A stretch of DNA of 64,000 nucleotides from Eledone cirrhosa (Eukaryota). Position 1 is the stretch's first letter; each line of letters starts with the position of its first letter. The notes under the pieces are model-generated. The model did no database searches, was not told where the DNA came from, and saw only the letters and a list, made by a program, of their open reading frames with translations. The position numbers and the translations under genes were made by a program. Positions 36,671 through 52,100 of this stretch are shown here, in pieces. Location: assembly GCA_964016885.1 (NCBI GenBank), contig OZ024740.1, positions 279,682,001-279,746,000 on the forward strand, written 5' to 3'.

Positions 36671-39600
36671 GGAAGCTGAAGTCCACCAGCGAATGGTGTG
36701 CTTCGAAGAAACGAATCACAAAAATGCGAATTTGCCGGCGGAGTTACCTTTTCGATCGTGGGCCGGCCGCCCGTGGTAGGATCGATCTGTAATTACTGGT
36801 ACATGTGCAGACACTCATTGGCTGTGTGTGGTGTGATTTTCAAGAAAAGCTGCCCATGCTAAATGCGGAAGCTGAAGTCCGGCGGCGAATGGTGTGCTTC
36901 GAAGAAAACGAATCACAAAAATGACTATTTGCCGGCGGAGTTACCTTTTCGATGGTGGGCCGGCCGCCCGTGGTCGGATCGATCTGTAATTACTGTTCTA
37001 TGTGCAGACATTCATTGGCTTGTTGTGGTGTGATTTTCATGAAAAGCTTCCCATGCTAAATGAGGAAGCTGAAGTCCGGAGGCGAATGGTGTGCTTCGAA
37101 GAAACGAATCACAAAAATGCGAATTTGCCTGCGGAGTTATTTTTTCGATCGTGGGCCGGCCGCCCGTGGTCGGATCGATCTGTAATTACTGGTCCATGTG
37201 CAGACACACATTTGCTGTGTGTGGTGTGATTTTCAAAAAAAGCTGCCCATGCTAAATGCGGAAGCTGAAGTCCACCAGCGAATGGTGTGCTTCGAAGAAA
37301 CGAATCACAAAAATGCGAATTTGCCGGCGGAGTTACCTTTTCGATCGTCGGCCGGCCGCCTATGGTCGGATCGATCTGTAATTACTGGTCCATATGCAGA
37401 CACACGTTTGCTGTGTGTGGTGTAATTTTCAAGAAAAGCTGCCCATGCTAAATGAGGAAGCTGAAGTCCGGCGGCGAATTGTGTGCTTCGAAGAAAACGA
37501 ATCACAAAAATGACTATTTGCCGGCGGAGTTACATTTTTCTCGATCTTGGGCCGGCCGCCCGTGGTCGGATCGATCTGTAATTACTGGTATATGTGCAGA
37601 CACTCATTGGCTGTGTGTGGTGTGATTTTCAAGAAAAGCTTCCCATGCTAAATGAGGAAGCTGAAGTCCACCAGCGAATGGTGTGCTTCGAAGAAACGAA
37701 TCACAAAAATGCGAAATGCCGGCGGAGTTACCTTTTCGATCGTGGGCCGGCCGACCGTGGTAGGATCGATCTGTAATTACTGGTACATGTGCAGACAGTC
37801 ATTGGCTGTGTGTGGTGTGATTTTCAAGAAAAGCTGCCCATGCTAAATGCGGAAGCTGAAGTCCGGCGGCGAATGGTGTGCTTCGAAGAAAACGAATCAC
37901 AAAAATGACTATTTGCCGGCGGAGTTACCTTTTCGATGGTGGGCCGGCCGCCCGTGGTCGGATCGATCTGTAATTACTGTTCTATGTGCAGACACTCATT
38001 GGCTGTGTGTGGTGTGATTTTCAAGAAAAGCTGCCCATGCTAAATGCGGAAGCTGAAGTCCACCAGCGAATGGTGTGCTTCGAAGAAACGAATCACAAAA
38101 ATGCGAATTTGCTGGCGGAGTTACCTTTTCGATCGTGGGCCGGCCGCCTATGGTCGGATCGATCTGTAATTACTGGTCCATATGCAGAGACACGTTTACT
38201 GTGTGTGGTGTGATTTTCAAGAAAAGCTGCCCATGCTAAATGCGGAAGCTGAAGTCCACCAGCGAATGGTGTGCTTCGAAGAAACGAATCACAAAAATGC
38301 GAATTTGCCGGCGGAGTTACCTTTTTCTCGATCGTGGGCCGGCCGCCCGTGGTCGCATCGATCTGTACTTACTGGGACTTGTGTAGACACTCATTGGCTA
38401 TGTGTGGCGTGAATTTCAGCAAGATATCTCCGTAAAATCAATAGTTGTGGCTGTGTAACCAAACCGTGTTAAACGTCAACAAAGTTGTTGAGCGTAAGTT
38501 TGTTTACATTGAACTCGTGGTGGAATCGATCTGTAATTACTGGTACATGTGCAGACACACATTGGTCGTGTGTGGTGTGATTTTCAAAAAAAACTGCCCA
38601 TGCTAAATTAGGCAGCTGAAGTCTAGCAGCGAATGGTGTGCTTCGAAGAAAACGAATCACAAAAATGACGATTTGCCGGCGGAGTTACATTTTCGATCGT
38701 GGGCCGGCCGTCCGTGGTCGGATCGATCTGTAATTACTGGTCCATATGCAGACACACGTTTGCTGTGTGTGGTGTGATTTTCAAGAAAAGCTGCCCATGC
38801 TAAATGAGGAAGCTGAAGTCCACCAGCGAATGGTGTGCTTCGAAGAAACGAATCACAAAAATGCGAATTTGCCGGCGGAGTTACCTTTTCGATCGTCGGC
38901 CGGCCGCCTATGGTCGGATCGATCTGTAATTACTGGTCCATATGCAGACACACGTTTGCTGTGTGTGGTGTAATTTTCAAGAAAAGCTGCCCATGCTAAA
39001 TGAGGAAGCTGAAGTCCACCAGCGAATGGTGTGCTTCGAAGAAACGAATCACAAAAATGCGAATTTGCCGGCGGAGTTACCTTTTCGATTGTGGGCCGGC
39101 CGCCCGTGGTCGGATCGATCTGTAATTACTGGTATATGTGAAGACATACATTTGCTGTGTGTGGTGTGATTTTCAAGAAAGACTGCCCATGCTAAATGAG
39201 GAAGCTGAAGTCCGGCGGCGAATTGTGTGCTTCGAAGAAAACGAATCACAAAAATGACTATTTGCCGGCGGAGTTACATTTTTCTCGATCTTGGGCCGGC
39301 CGCCCATGGTCGGATCGATCTGTAATTACTGGTATATGTGCAGACACTCATTGGCTGTGTGTGGTGTGATTTTCAAGAAAAGCTTCCCATGCTAAATGAG
39401 GAAGCTGAAGTCCACCAGCGAATGGTGTGCTTCGAAGAAACGAATCACAAAAATGCGAAATGCCGGCGGAGTTACCTTTTCGATCGTGGGCCGGCCGCCC
39501 GTGGTAGGATCGATCTGTAATTACTGGTACATGTGCAGACAGTCATTGGCTGTGTGTGGTGTGATTTTCAAGAAAAGCTGCCCATGCTAAATGCGGAAGC

Positions 39601-42600
39601 TGAAGTCCGGCGGCGAATGGTGTGCTTCGAAGAAAACGAATCACAAAAATGACTATTTGCCGGCGGAGTTACCTTTTCGATGGTGGGCCGGCCGCCCGTG
39701 GTCGGATCGATCTGTAATTACTGTTCTATGTGCAGACACTCATTGGCTGTGTGTGGTGTGATTTTCAAGAAAAGCTGCCCATGCTAAATGCGGAAACTGA
39801 AGTCCACCAGCGAATGGTGTGCTTCGAAGAAACGAATCACAAAAATGCGAATTTGCCGGCGGAGTTACCTTTTCGATCGTGGGCCGGCCGCCCGTGGTCG
39901 GATCGATCTGTACTTACTGGTATATGTGCAAACACTCATTGGCTGTGTGTGGTGTGATTTTCAAGAAAAGCCGCCCATGCTAAATGAGGCAGCTGAAGTC
40001 CACCAGCGAATGGTGTGCTTCGAAGAAACGAATCACAAAAATGCGAATTTGCCGGCGGAGTTACCTTTTCGATCGTCGGCCGGCCGCCTATGGTCAGATC
40101 GATCTGTAATTAGTGGTCCCTGTGCAGACACACATTTGCTGTGTGTGGTGTGATTTTCAAGAAAAACTGCCCATGCTAAATGAGGAAGCTGAAGTCCGGC
40201 GGCGAATGGTGTGCTTCGAAGAAACGAATCACAAAAATGCGAATTTGCCTGCGGAGTTATTTTTTCGATCGTGGGCCGGCCGCCCGTGGTCGGATCGATC
40301 TGTAATTACTGGTCCATGTGCAGACACACATTTGCTGTGTGTGGTGTGATTTTCAAAAAAAGCTGCCCATGCTAAATGCGGAAGCTGAAGTCCACCAGCG
40401 AATGGTGTGCTTCGAAGAAACGAATCACAAAAATGCGAATTTGCCGGCGGAGTTACCATTTTCTCGATCGTGGGCCGGCCGCCCGTGGTCGCATCGATCT
40501 GTACTTACTGGGACTTGTGTAGACACTCATTGGCTATGTGTGGCGTGAATTTCAGCAAGATATCTCCGTAAAATCAATAGTTGTGGCTGTGTAACCAAAC
40601 CGTGTTAAACGTCAACAAAGTTGTTGAGCGTAAGTTTGTTTACATTGAACTCGTGGTGGAATCGATCTGTAATTACTGGTACATGTGCAGACACACATTG
40701 GTCGTGTGTGGTGTGATTTTCAAAAAAAACTGCCCATGCTAAATTAGGCAGCTGAAGTCTAGCAGCGAATGGTGTGCTTCGAAGAAAACGAATCACAAAA
40801 ATGACGATTTGCCGGCGGAGTTACATTTTCGATCGTGGGCCGGCCGTCCGTGGTCGGATCGATCTGTAATTACTGGTCCATATGCAGACACACGTTTGCT
40901 GTGTGTGGTGTGATTTTCAAGAAAAGCTGCCCATGCTAAATGAGGAAGCTGAAGTCCACCAGCGAATGGTGTGCTTCGAAGAAACGAATCACAAAAATGC
41001 GAATTTGCCGGCGGAGTTACCTTTTCGATCGTCGGCCGGCCGCCTATGGTCGGATCGATCTGTAATTACTGGTCCATATGCAGACACACGTTTGCTGTGT
41101 GTGGTGTAATTTTCAAGAAAAGCTGCCCATGCTAAATGAGGAAGCTGAAGTCCACCAGCGAATGGTGTGCTTCGAAGAAACGAATCACAAAAATGCGAAT
41201 TTGCCGGCGGAGTTACCTTTTCGATTGTGGGCCGGCCGCCCGTGGTCGGATCGATCTGTAATTACTGGTATATGTGAAGACATACATTTGCTGTGTGTGG
41301 TGTGATTTTCAAGAAAGACTGCCCATGCTAAATGAGGAAGCTGAAGTCCGGCGGCGAATTGTGTGCTTCGAAGAAAACGAATCACAAAAATGACTATTTG
41401 CCGGCGGAGTTACATTTTTCTCGATCTTGGGCCGGCCGCCCATGGTCGGATCGATCTGTAATTACTGGTATATGTGCAGACACTCATTGGCTGTGTGTGG
41501 TGTGATTTTCAAGAAAAGCTTCCCATGCTAAATGAGGAAGCTGAAGTCCACCAGCGAATGGTGTGCTTCGAAGAAACGAATCACAAAAATGCGAAATGCC
41601 GGCGGAGTTACCTTTTCGATCGTGGGCCGGCCGCCCGTGGTAGGATCGATCTGTAATTACTGGTACATGTGCAGACAGTCATTGGCTGTGTGTGGTGTGA
41701 TTTTCAAGAAACGCTGCCCATGCTAAATGCGGAAGCTGAAGTCCGGCGGCGAATGGTGTGCTTCGAAGAAAACGAATCACAAAAATGACTATTTGCCGGC
41801 GGAGTTACCTTTTCGATGGTGGGCCGGCCGCCCGTGGTCGGATCGATCTGTAATTACTGTTCTATGTGCAGACACTCATTGGCTGTGTGTGGTGTGATTT
41901 TCAAGAAAAGCTGCCCATGCTAAATGCGGAAGCTGAAGTCCACCAGCGAATGGTGTGCTTCGAAGAAACGAATCACAAAAATGCGAATTTGCCGGCGGAG
42001 TTACCTTTTCGATCGTGGGCCGGCCGCCCGTGGTCGGATCGATCTGTACTTACTGGTATATGTGCAGACACTCATTGGCTGTGTGTGGTGTGATTTTCAA
42101 GAAGAGCCGCCCATGCTAAATGAGGCAGCTGAAGTCCACCAGCGAATGGTGTGCTTCGAAGAAACGAATCACAAAAATGCGAATTTGCCGGCGGAGTTAC
42201 CTTTTCGATCGTCGGCCGGCCGCCTATGGTCGGATCGATCTGTAATTACTGGTCCATATGCAGACACACGTTTGCTGTGTGTGGTGTAATTTTCAAGAAA
42301 AGCTGCCCATGCTAAATGAGGAAGCTGAAGTCCACCAGCGAATGGTGTGCTTCGAAGAAACGAATCACAAAAATGCGAATTTGCCGGCGGAGTTACCTTT
42401 TCGATTGTGGGCCGGCCGCCCGTGGTCGGATCGATCTGTAATTACTGGTATATGTGCAGACATACATTTGCTGTGTGTGGTGTGATTTTCAAGAAAGACT
42501 GCCCATGCTAAATGAGGAAGCTGAAGTCCGGCGGCGAATTGTGTGCTTCGAAGAAAACGAATCACAAAAATGACTATTTGCCGGCGGAGTTACATTTTTC

Positions 42601-45600
42601 TCGATCTTGGGCCGGCCGCCCGTGGTCGGATCGATCTGTAATTACTGGTATATGTGCAGACACTCATTGGCTGTGTGTGGTGTGATTTTCAAGAAAAGCT
42701 TCCCATGCTAAATGAGGAAGCTGAAGTCCACCAGCGAATGGTGTGCTTCGAAGAAACGAATCACAAAAATGCGAAATGCCGGCGGAGTTACCTTTTCGAT
42801 CGTGGGCCGGCCGCCCGTGGTAGGATCGATCTGTAATTACTGGTACATGTGCAGACAGTCATTGGCTGTGTGTGGTGTGATTTTCAAGAAAAGCTGCCCA
42901 TGCTAAATGCGGAAGCTGAAGTCCGGCGGCGAATGGTGTGCTTCGAAGAAAACGAATCACAAAAATGACTATTTGCCGGCGGAGTTACCTTTTCGATGGT
43001 GGGCCGGCCGCCCGTGGTCGGATCGATCTGTAATTACTGTTCTATGTGCAGACACTCATTGGCTGCGTGTGGTGTGATTTTCAAGAAAAGCTGCCCATGC
43101 TAAATGCGGAAGCTGAAGTCCACCAGCGAATGGTGTGCTTCGAAGAAACGAATCACAAAAATGCGAATTTGCCGGCGGAGTTACCTTTTCGATCGTGGGC
43201 CGGCCGCCCGTGGTCGGATCGATCTGTACTTACTGGTATATGTGCAGACACTCATTGGCTGTGTGTGGTGTGATTTTCAAGAAAAGCCGCCCATGCTAAA
43301 TGAGGCAGCTGAAGTCCACCAGCGAATGGTGTGCTTCGAAGAAACGAATCACAAAAATGCGAATTTGCCTGCGGAGTTACCTTTTCGATCGTGGGCCGGC
43401 CGCCTATGGTTGGATCGATCTGTAATTACTGGTCCATATGCAAACACACGTTTGCTGTGTGTGGTGTGATTTTCAAGAAAAGCTGCCCATGCTAAATGAG
43501 AAAGCTGAAGTCCACCAGCGAATGGTGTGCTTCGAAGAAACGAATCACAAAAATGCGAATTTGCCGGCGGAGTTACCTTTTCGATGGTGGGCCGGCCGCC
43601 CGTGGTCGGATCGATCTGTACTTACTGGTATATGTGCAGACACTCACTGGCTGTGTGTGGTGTGATTTTCAAGAAAAGCTGCCCATGCTAAATGAGGCAG
43701 CTGAAGTCCACCAACGAATGGTGTGCTTCGAAGAAACGAATCACAAAAATGCGAATTTGCCGGCGGAGTTACCTTATCGATCGTGGGCCGGCCGCCCGTG
43801 GTCGGATCGATCTGTACTTACTGGTATATGTGCAGACACGCATTGGCTGTGTGTGGTGTGATTTTCAAGAAAGGCTGCCCATGCTAAATGAGGCAGCTGA
43901 AGTCCACCAGCGAATGGTGTGCTTCGAAGAAACGAATCACAAAAATGCGAATTTGCCGGCGGAGTTACCTTTTCGATCGTGGGCCGTCCGCCCGTGGTCG
44001 GATCGATCTGTAATTAGTGGTACCTGTGCAGACCTACATTTGCTGTGTGTGGTGTGATTTTCAAGAAAAGCTGCCCATGCTAAATGAGGAAGCTGAAGTC
44101 CGGCGGCGAATGGTGTGCTTCGAAGAAAACGAATCACAAAAATGCGAATTTGCCGGCGGAGTTACCTTTTCGATCCTGGGCCGGCCGCCCGTGGTCGGAT
44201 CGATCTGTACTTACTGGTATATGTGCAGACACTCATTGGCTGTGTGTGGTGTCATTTTCAAGAAAAGCTGCCCATGCTAAATGACGAAGCTGAAGTCCAC
44301 CATCGAATGGTGTGCTTCGAAGAAACGAATCACAAAAATGCGAATTTGTCGGCGGAGTTACATTTTTCTCGATCGTGGGCCGGCCGCCCGTGGTCGGATC
44401 GATCTGTACTTACTGGGACTTGTGCAGACATTCATTGGCTATGTGTGGCGTGAATTTCAGCAAGATATCTCCGTAAAATCAATAGTTGTGGCTGTGTAAC
44501 CAAACCGTGTTAAACGTCAACAAAGTTGTTGAGCGTAAGTTTGTTTACATTGAACTCGTGGTGGGATCGATCTGTAATTACTGGTACATGTGCAGAAACA
44601 CATTGGTTGTGTGTGGTGTAATTTTCAAAAAGAACTGCCCATGCTAAATGAGGCAACTGATGTCCGGCGGCGAATGGTGTGCTTCGAAGAAAACGAATCA
44701 CAAAAATGACGATTTGCCGGCGGAGTTACCTTTTCGATCGTGGGCCGGCCGCCCGTGGTCGGATCGATCTGTAGTTACTGGTATATGTGCAGACACTCAT
44801 TGGCTGTGTGTGGTGTGACTTTCAAGAAAAGCTGCCCATGCTAAATGCGGAAGCTGAAGTCCACCAGCGAATGGTGTGCTTCGAAGAAACGAATCACAAA
44901 AATGCGAATTTGCCGGCGGAGTTACCTTTTCGATCGTGGGCCGGCCGCCCTTGGTCGGATCGATCTGTAGTTACTGGTATATGTGCAGACACTCATTGGC
45001 TGTGTGTGGTGTGACTTTCAAGAAAAGCTGCCCATGCTAAATGAGGAAGCTGAAGTCCACCAGCGAATTGTGTGCTTCGAAGAAACGAATCACAAAAATG
45101 CGAATTTGCCGGCGGAGTTACCTTTTCGATCGTGGGCCGGCCGCCTATGGTCGGATCGATCTGTAATTACTGGTCCATGTGCAGACACACATTTGCTGTG
45201 TGTGGTGTGATTTTCAAAAAAAGCTGCCCATGCTAAATGCGGAAGCTGAAGTCCACCAGCGAATGGTGTGCTTCGAAGAAACGAATCACAAAAATGCGAA
45301 TTTGCCGGCGGAGTTACCTTTTTCTCGATCGTGGGCCGGCCGCCCGTGGTCGCATCGATCTGTACTTACTGGGACTTGTGTAGACACTCATTGGCTATGT
45401 GTGGCGTGAATTTCAGCAAGATATCTCCGTAAAATCAATAGTTGTGGCTGTGTAACCAAACCGTGTTAAACGTCAACAAAGTTGTTGAGCGTAAGTTTGT
45501 TTACATTGAACTCGTGGTGGAATCGATCTGTAATTACTGGTACATGTGCAGACACACATTGGTCGTGTGTGGTGTGATTTTCAAAAAAAACTGCCCATGC

Positions 45601-48600
45601 TAAATTAGGCAGCTGAAGTCTACCAGCGAATGGTGTGCTTCGAAGAAAACGAATCACAAAAATGACGATTTGCCGGCGGAGTTACATTTTCGATTGTGGG
45701 CCGGCCGTCCGTGGTCGGATCGATCTGTAATTACTGATACCTATGCAGACATACATTTACTGTGTGTGGTGTGATTTTCAAGAAAAGCTGCCCATGATAA
45801 ATGAGGAAGCTGAAGTCCGGCGGCGAATGGTGTGCTTCGAAGAAAACGAATCACAAAAATGACTATTTGCCGGCGGAGTTACCTTTTCGATCGTGGGCCG
45901 GCCACCCGTGGTCGGATCGATCTGTAATTACTGGTCCATATGCAGACACACGTTTGCTGTGTGTGGTGTGATTTTCAAGAAAAGCTGCCCATGCTAAATG
46001 AGGAAGCTGAAGTCCACCAGCGAATGGTGTGCTTCGAAGAAACGAATCACAAAAATGCGAATTTGCCGGCGGAGTTACCTTTTCGATCGTCGGCCGGCCG
46101 CCTATGGTCGGATCGATCTGTAATTACTGGTCCATATGCAGACACACGTTTGCTGTGTGTGGTGTGATTTTCAAGAAAAGCTGCCCATGCTAAATGAGGA
46201 AGCTGAAGTCCACCAGCGAATGGTGTGCTTCGAAGAAACGAATCATAAAAATGCGAATTTGCCGGCGGAGTTACCTTTTCGATTGTGGGCCGGCCGCCCG
46301 TGGTCGGATCGATCTGTAATTACTGGTATATGTGCAGACATACATTTGCTGTGTGTGGTGTGATTTTCAAGAAAGACTGCCCATGCTAAATGAGGAAGCT
46401 GAAGTCCGGCGGCGAATTGTGTGCTTCGAAGAAAACGAATCACAAAAATGACTATTTGCCGGCGGAGTTACATTTTTCTCGATCTTGGGCCGGCCGCCCG
46501 TGGTCGGATCGATCTGTAATTACTGGTATATGTGCAGACACTCATTGGCTGTGTGTGGTGTGATTTTCAAGAAAAGCTTCCCATGCTAAATGAGGAAGCT
46601 GAAGTCCACCAGCGAATGGTGTGCTTCGAAGAAACGAATCACAAAAATGCGAATTTGCCGACGGAGTTACCTTTTCGATCGTGGGCCGGCCGCCCGTGGT
46701 AGGATCGATCTGTAATTACTGGTACATGTGCAGACACTCATTGGCTGTGTGTGGTGTGATTTTCAAGAAAAGCTGCCTATGCTAAATGCGGAAGCTGAAG
46801 TCCGGCGGCGAATGGTGTGCTTCGAAGAAAACGAATCACAAAAATGACTATTTGCCGGCGGAGTTACCTTTTCGATGGTGGGCCGGCCGCCCGTGGTCGG
46901 ATCGATCTGTAATTACTGGTATATGTGCAGACGCTCATTGGCTGTGTGTGGTGTGATTTTCAAGAAAAGCTTCCCATGCTAAATGAGGAAGCTGAAGTCC
47001 ACCAGCGAATGGTGTGCTTCGAAGAAACGAATCACAAAAATGCGAATTTGCCGGTGGAGTTACCTTTTCGATCGTGGGCCGGCCGCCCGTGGTCGGATCG
47101 ATCTGTACTTACTGGTATATGTGCAGACACTCATTGGCTGTGTGTGGTGTGATTTTCCAGAAAAGCCGCCCATGCTAAATGAGGCAGCTGAAGTCCACCA
47201 GCGAATGGTGTGCTTCGAAGAAACGAATCACAAAAATGCGAATTTGCCGGCGGAGTTACCTTTTCGATCGTGGGCCGGCCGCCTATGGTCGGATCGATCT
47301 GTAATTACTGGTCCATATGCAGACACACGTTTGCTGTGTGTGGTGTGATTTTCAAGAAAAGCTGCCCATGCTAAATGAGGCAGCTGAAGTCCACCAGCGA
47401 ATGGTGTGCTTCGAAGAAACGAATCACAAAAATGCGAATTTGCCTGCGGAGTTACCTTTTCGATCGTGGGCCGGCCGCCTATGGTTGGATCGATCTGTAA
47501 TTACTGGTCCATATGCAGACACACGTTTGCTGTGTGTGGTGTGATTTTCAAGAAAAGCTGCCCATGCTAAATGAGGCAGCTGAAGTCCACCAGCGAATGG
47601 TGTGCTTCGAAGAAACGAATCACAAAAATGCGAATTTGCCGGCGGAGTTACCTTATCGATCGTGGGCCGGCCGCCCGTGGTCGGATCGATCTGTACTTAC
47701 TGGTATATGTGCAGACACGCATTGGCTGTGTGTGGTGTGATTTTCAAGAAAGGCTGCCCATGCTAAATGAGGCAGCTGAAGTCCACCAGCGAATGGTGTG
47801 CTTCGAAGAAACGAATCACAAAAATGCGAATTTGCCGGCGGAGTTACCTTTTCGATCGTGGGCCGGCCGCCCGTGGTCGGATCGATCTGTAATTAGTGGT
47901 ACCTGTGCAGACCTACATTTGCTGTGTGTGGTGTGATTTTCAAGAAAAGCTGCCCATGCTAAATGACGAAGCTGAAGTCCACCATCGAATGGTGTGCTTC
48001 GAAGAAACGAATCACAAAAATGCGAATTTGTCGGCGGAGTTACATTTTTCTCGATCGTGGGCCGGCCGCCCGTGGTCGGATCGATCTGTACTTACTGGGA
48101 CTTGTGCAGACATTCATTGACTATGTGTGGCGTGAATTTCAGCAAGATATCTCCGTAAAATCAATAGTTGTGGCTGTGTAACCAAACCGTGTTAAACGTC
48201 AACAAAGTTGTTGAGCGTAAGTTTGTTTACATTGAACTCGTGGTGGGATCGATCTGTAATTACTGGTACATGTGCAGAAACACATTGGTTGTGTGTGGTG
48301 TGATTTTCAAAAAGAACTGCCCATGCTAAATGAGGCAACTGATGTCCGGCGGCGAATGGTGTGCTTCGAAGAAAACGAATCACAAAAATGACGATTTGCC
48401 GGCGGAGTTACCTTTTCGATCGTGGGCCGGCCGCCCGTGGTCGGATCGATCTGTAGTTACTGGTATATGTGCAGACACTCATTGGCTGTGTGTGGTGTGA
48501 CTTTCAAGAAAAGCTGCCCATGCTAAATGCGGAAGCTGAAGTCCACCAGCGAATGGTGTGCTTCGAAGAAACGAATCACAAAAATGCGAATTTGCCGGCG

Positions 48601-49118
48601 GAGTTACCTTTTCGATCGTGGGCCGGCCGCCCGTGGTCGGATCGATCTGTAGTTACTGGTATATGTGCAGACACTCATTGGCTGTGTGTGGTGTGACTTT
48701 CAAGAAAAGCTGCCCATGTTAAATGAGGAAGCTGAAGTCCGGCGGTGAATGGTGTGCTTCGAAGAAACGAATCACAAAAATGCGAATTTGCCTGCGGAGT
48801 TATCTTTTCGATCGTGGGCCGGCCGCCCGTGGTCGGATCGATCTGTAATTACTGGTATATGTGCAGACCATCATTGGCTGTGTGTGGTGTGATTTTCAAG
48901 AAAAGCTGCCCATGCTAAATGAGGAAGCTGAAGTCCACCAGCGAATGGTGTGCTTCGAAGAAACGAATCACAAAAATGCGAATTTGCCGGCGGAGTTACC
49001 TTTTCGATCGTGGGCCGGCCGCCTATGGTCGGATCGATCTGTAATTACTGGTCCATGTGCAGACACACATTTGCTGTGTGTGGTGTGATTTTCAAAAAAA
49101 GCTGCCCATGCTAAATGC
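36671..49118. repeat. 12,448-bp (64-monomer) tandem duplication, copy 2
   Basis: Same offset. Identity at +12448 starts after the mismatch at 24222/36670 and ends at 36753/49201. Confidence 0.93.
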
Positions 49119-52100
49119 GGAAGCTGAAGTCCACCAGCGAATGGTGTGCTTCGAAGAAACGAATCACAAAAATGCGAATTTGCCGGCGGAGTTACCTTTT
49201 TCTCGATCGTGGGCCGGCCGCCCGTGGTCGCATCGATCTGTACTTACTGGGACTTGTGTAGACACTCATTGGCTATGTGTGGCGTGAATTTCAGCAAGAT
49301 ATCTCCGTAAAATCAATAGTTGTGGCTGTGTAACCAAACCGTGTTAAACGTCAACAAAGTTGTTGAGCGTAAGTTTGTTTACATTGAACTCGTGGTGGAA
49401 TCGATCTGTAATTACTGGTACATGTGCAGACACACATTGGTCGTGTGTGGTGTGATTTTCAAAAAAAACTGCCCATGCTAAATTAGGCAGCTGAAGTCTA
49501 CCAGCGAATGGTGTGCTTCGAAGAAAACGAATCACAAAAATGACGATTTGCCGGCGGAGTTACATTTTCGATCGTGGGCCGGCCGTCCGTGGTCGGATCG
49601 ATCTGTAATTACTGGTACCTATGCAGACATACATTTACTGTGTGTGGTGTGATTTTCAAGAAAAGCTGCCCATGATAAATGAGGAAGCTGAAGTCCGGCG
49701 GCGAATGGTGTGCTTCGAAGAAAACGAATCACAAAAATGACTATTTGCCGGCGGAGTTACCTTTTCGATCGTGGGCCGGCCACCCGTGGTCGGATCGATC
49801 TGTAATTACTGGTCCATATGCAGACACACGTTTGCTGTGTGTGGTGTGATTTTCAAGAAAAGCTGCCCATGCTAAATGAGGAAGCTGAAGTCCACCAACG
49901 AATGGTGTGCTTCGAAGAAACGAATCACAAAAATGCGAATTTGCCGGCGGAGTTACCTTTTCGATCGTCGGCCGGCCGCCTATGGTCGGATCGATCTGTA
50001 ATTACTGGTCCATATGCAGACCCACGTTTGCTGTGTGTGGTGTGATTTTCAAGAAAAGCTGCCCATGCTAAATGAGGAAGCTGAAGTCCACCAGCGAATG
50101 GTGTGCTTCGAAGAAACGAATCATAAAAATGCGAATTTGCCGGCGGAGTTACCTTTTCGATTGTGGGCCGGCCGCCCGTGGTCGGATCGATCTGTAATTA
50201 CTGGTATATGTGCAGACATACATTTGCTGTGTGTGGTGTGATTTTCAAGAAAGACTGCCCATGCTAAATGAGGAAGCTGAAGTCCGGCGGCGAATTGTGT
50301 GCTTCGAAGAAAACGAATCACAAAAATGACTATTTGCCGGCGGAGTTACATTTTTCTCGATCTTGGGCCGGCCGCCCGTGGTCGGATCGATCTGTAATTA
50401 CTGGTATATGTGCAGACACTCATTGGCTGTGTGTGGTGTGATTTTCAAGAAAAGCTTCCCATGCTAAATGAGGAAGCTGAAGTCCACCAGCGAATGGTGT
50501 GCTTCGAAGAAACGAATCACAAAAATGCGAATTTGCCGACGGAGTTACCTTTTCGATCGTGGGCCGGCCGCCCGAGGTAGGATCGATCTGTAATTACTGG
50601 TACATGTGCAGACACTCATTGGCTGTGTGTGGTGTGATTTTCAAGAAAAGCTGCCCATGCTAAATGCGGAAGCTGAAGTCCGGCGGCGAATGGTGTGCTT
50701 CGAAGAAAACGAATCACAAAAATGACTATTTGCCGGCGGAGTTACCTTTTCGATGGTGGGCCGGCCGCCCGTGGTCGGATCGATCTGTAATTACTGTTCT
50801 ATGTGCAGACTCTCATTGGCTGTGTGTGGTGTGATTTTCAAGAAAAGCTGCCCATGCTAAATGCGGAAGCTGAAGTCCACCAGCGAATGGTGTGCTTCGA
50901 AGAAACGAATCACAAAAATGCGAATTTGCCGGCGGAGTTACCTTTTCGATCGTGGGCCGGCCGCCCGTGGTCGGATCGATCTGTACTTACTGGTATATGT
51001 GCAGACACTCATTGGCTGTGTGTGGTGTGATTTTCAAGAAAAGCCGCCCATGCTAAATGAGGCAGCTGAAGTCCACCAGCGAATGGTGTGCTTCGAAGAA
51101 ACGAATCACAAAAATGCGAATTTGCCGGCGGAGTTACCTTTTCGATCGTGGGCCGGCCGCCCGTGGTCGGATCGATCTGTAATTAGTGGTACCTGTGCAG
51201 ACCTACATTTGCTGTGTGTGGTGTGATTTTCAAGAAAAGCTGCCCATGCTAAATGACGAAGCTGAAGTCCACCATCGAATGGTGTGCTTCGAAGAAACGA
51301 ATCACAAAAATGCGAATTTGTCGGCGGAGTTACATTTTTCTCGATCGTGGGCCGGCCGCCCGTGGTCGGATCGATCTGTACTTACTGGGACTTGTGCAGA
51401 CATTCATTGACTATGTGTGGCGTGAATTTCAGCAAGATATCTCCGTAAAATCAATAGTTGTGGCTGTGTAACCAAACCGTGTTAAACGTCAACAAAGTTG
51501 TTGAGCGTAAGTTTGTTTACATTGAACTCGTGGTGGGATCGATCTGTAATTACTGGTACATGTGCAGAAACACATTGGTTGTGTGTGGTGTGATTTTCAA
51601 AAAGAACTGCCCATGCTAAATGAGGCAACTGATGTCCGGCGGCGAATGGTGTGCTTCGAAGAAAACGAATCACAAAAATGACGATTTGCCGGCGGAGTTA
51701 CCTTTTCGATCGTGGGCCGGCCGCCCGTGGTCGGATCGATCTGTAGTTACTGGTATATGTGCAGACACTCATTGGCTGTGTGTGGTGTGACTTTCAAGAA
51801 AAGCTGCCCATGCTAAATGCGGAAGCTGAAGTCCACCAGCGAATGGTGTGCTTCGAAGAAACGAATCACAAAAATGCGAATTTGCCGGCGGAGTTACCTT
51901 TTCGATCGTGGGCCGGCCGCCCGTGGTCGGATCGATCTGTAGTTACTGGTATATGTGCAGACACTCATTGGCTGTGTGTGGTGTGACTTTCAAGAAAAGC
52001 TGCCCATGTTAAATGAGGAAGCTGAAGTCCGGCGGTGAATGGTGTGCTTCGAAGAAACGAATCACAAAAATGCGAATTTGCCTGCGGAGTTATCTTTTCG

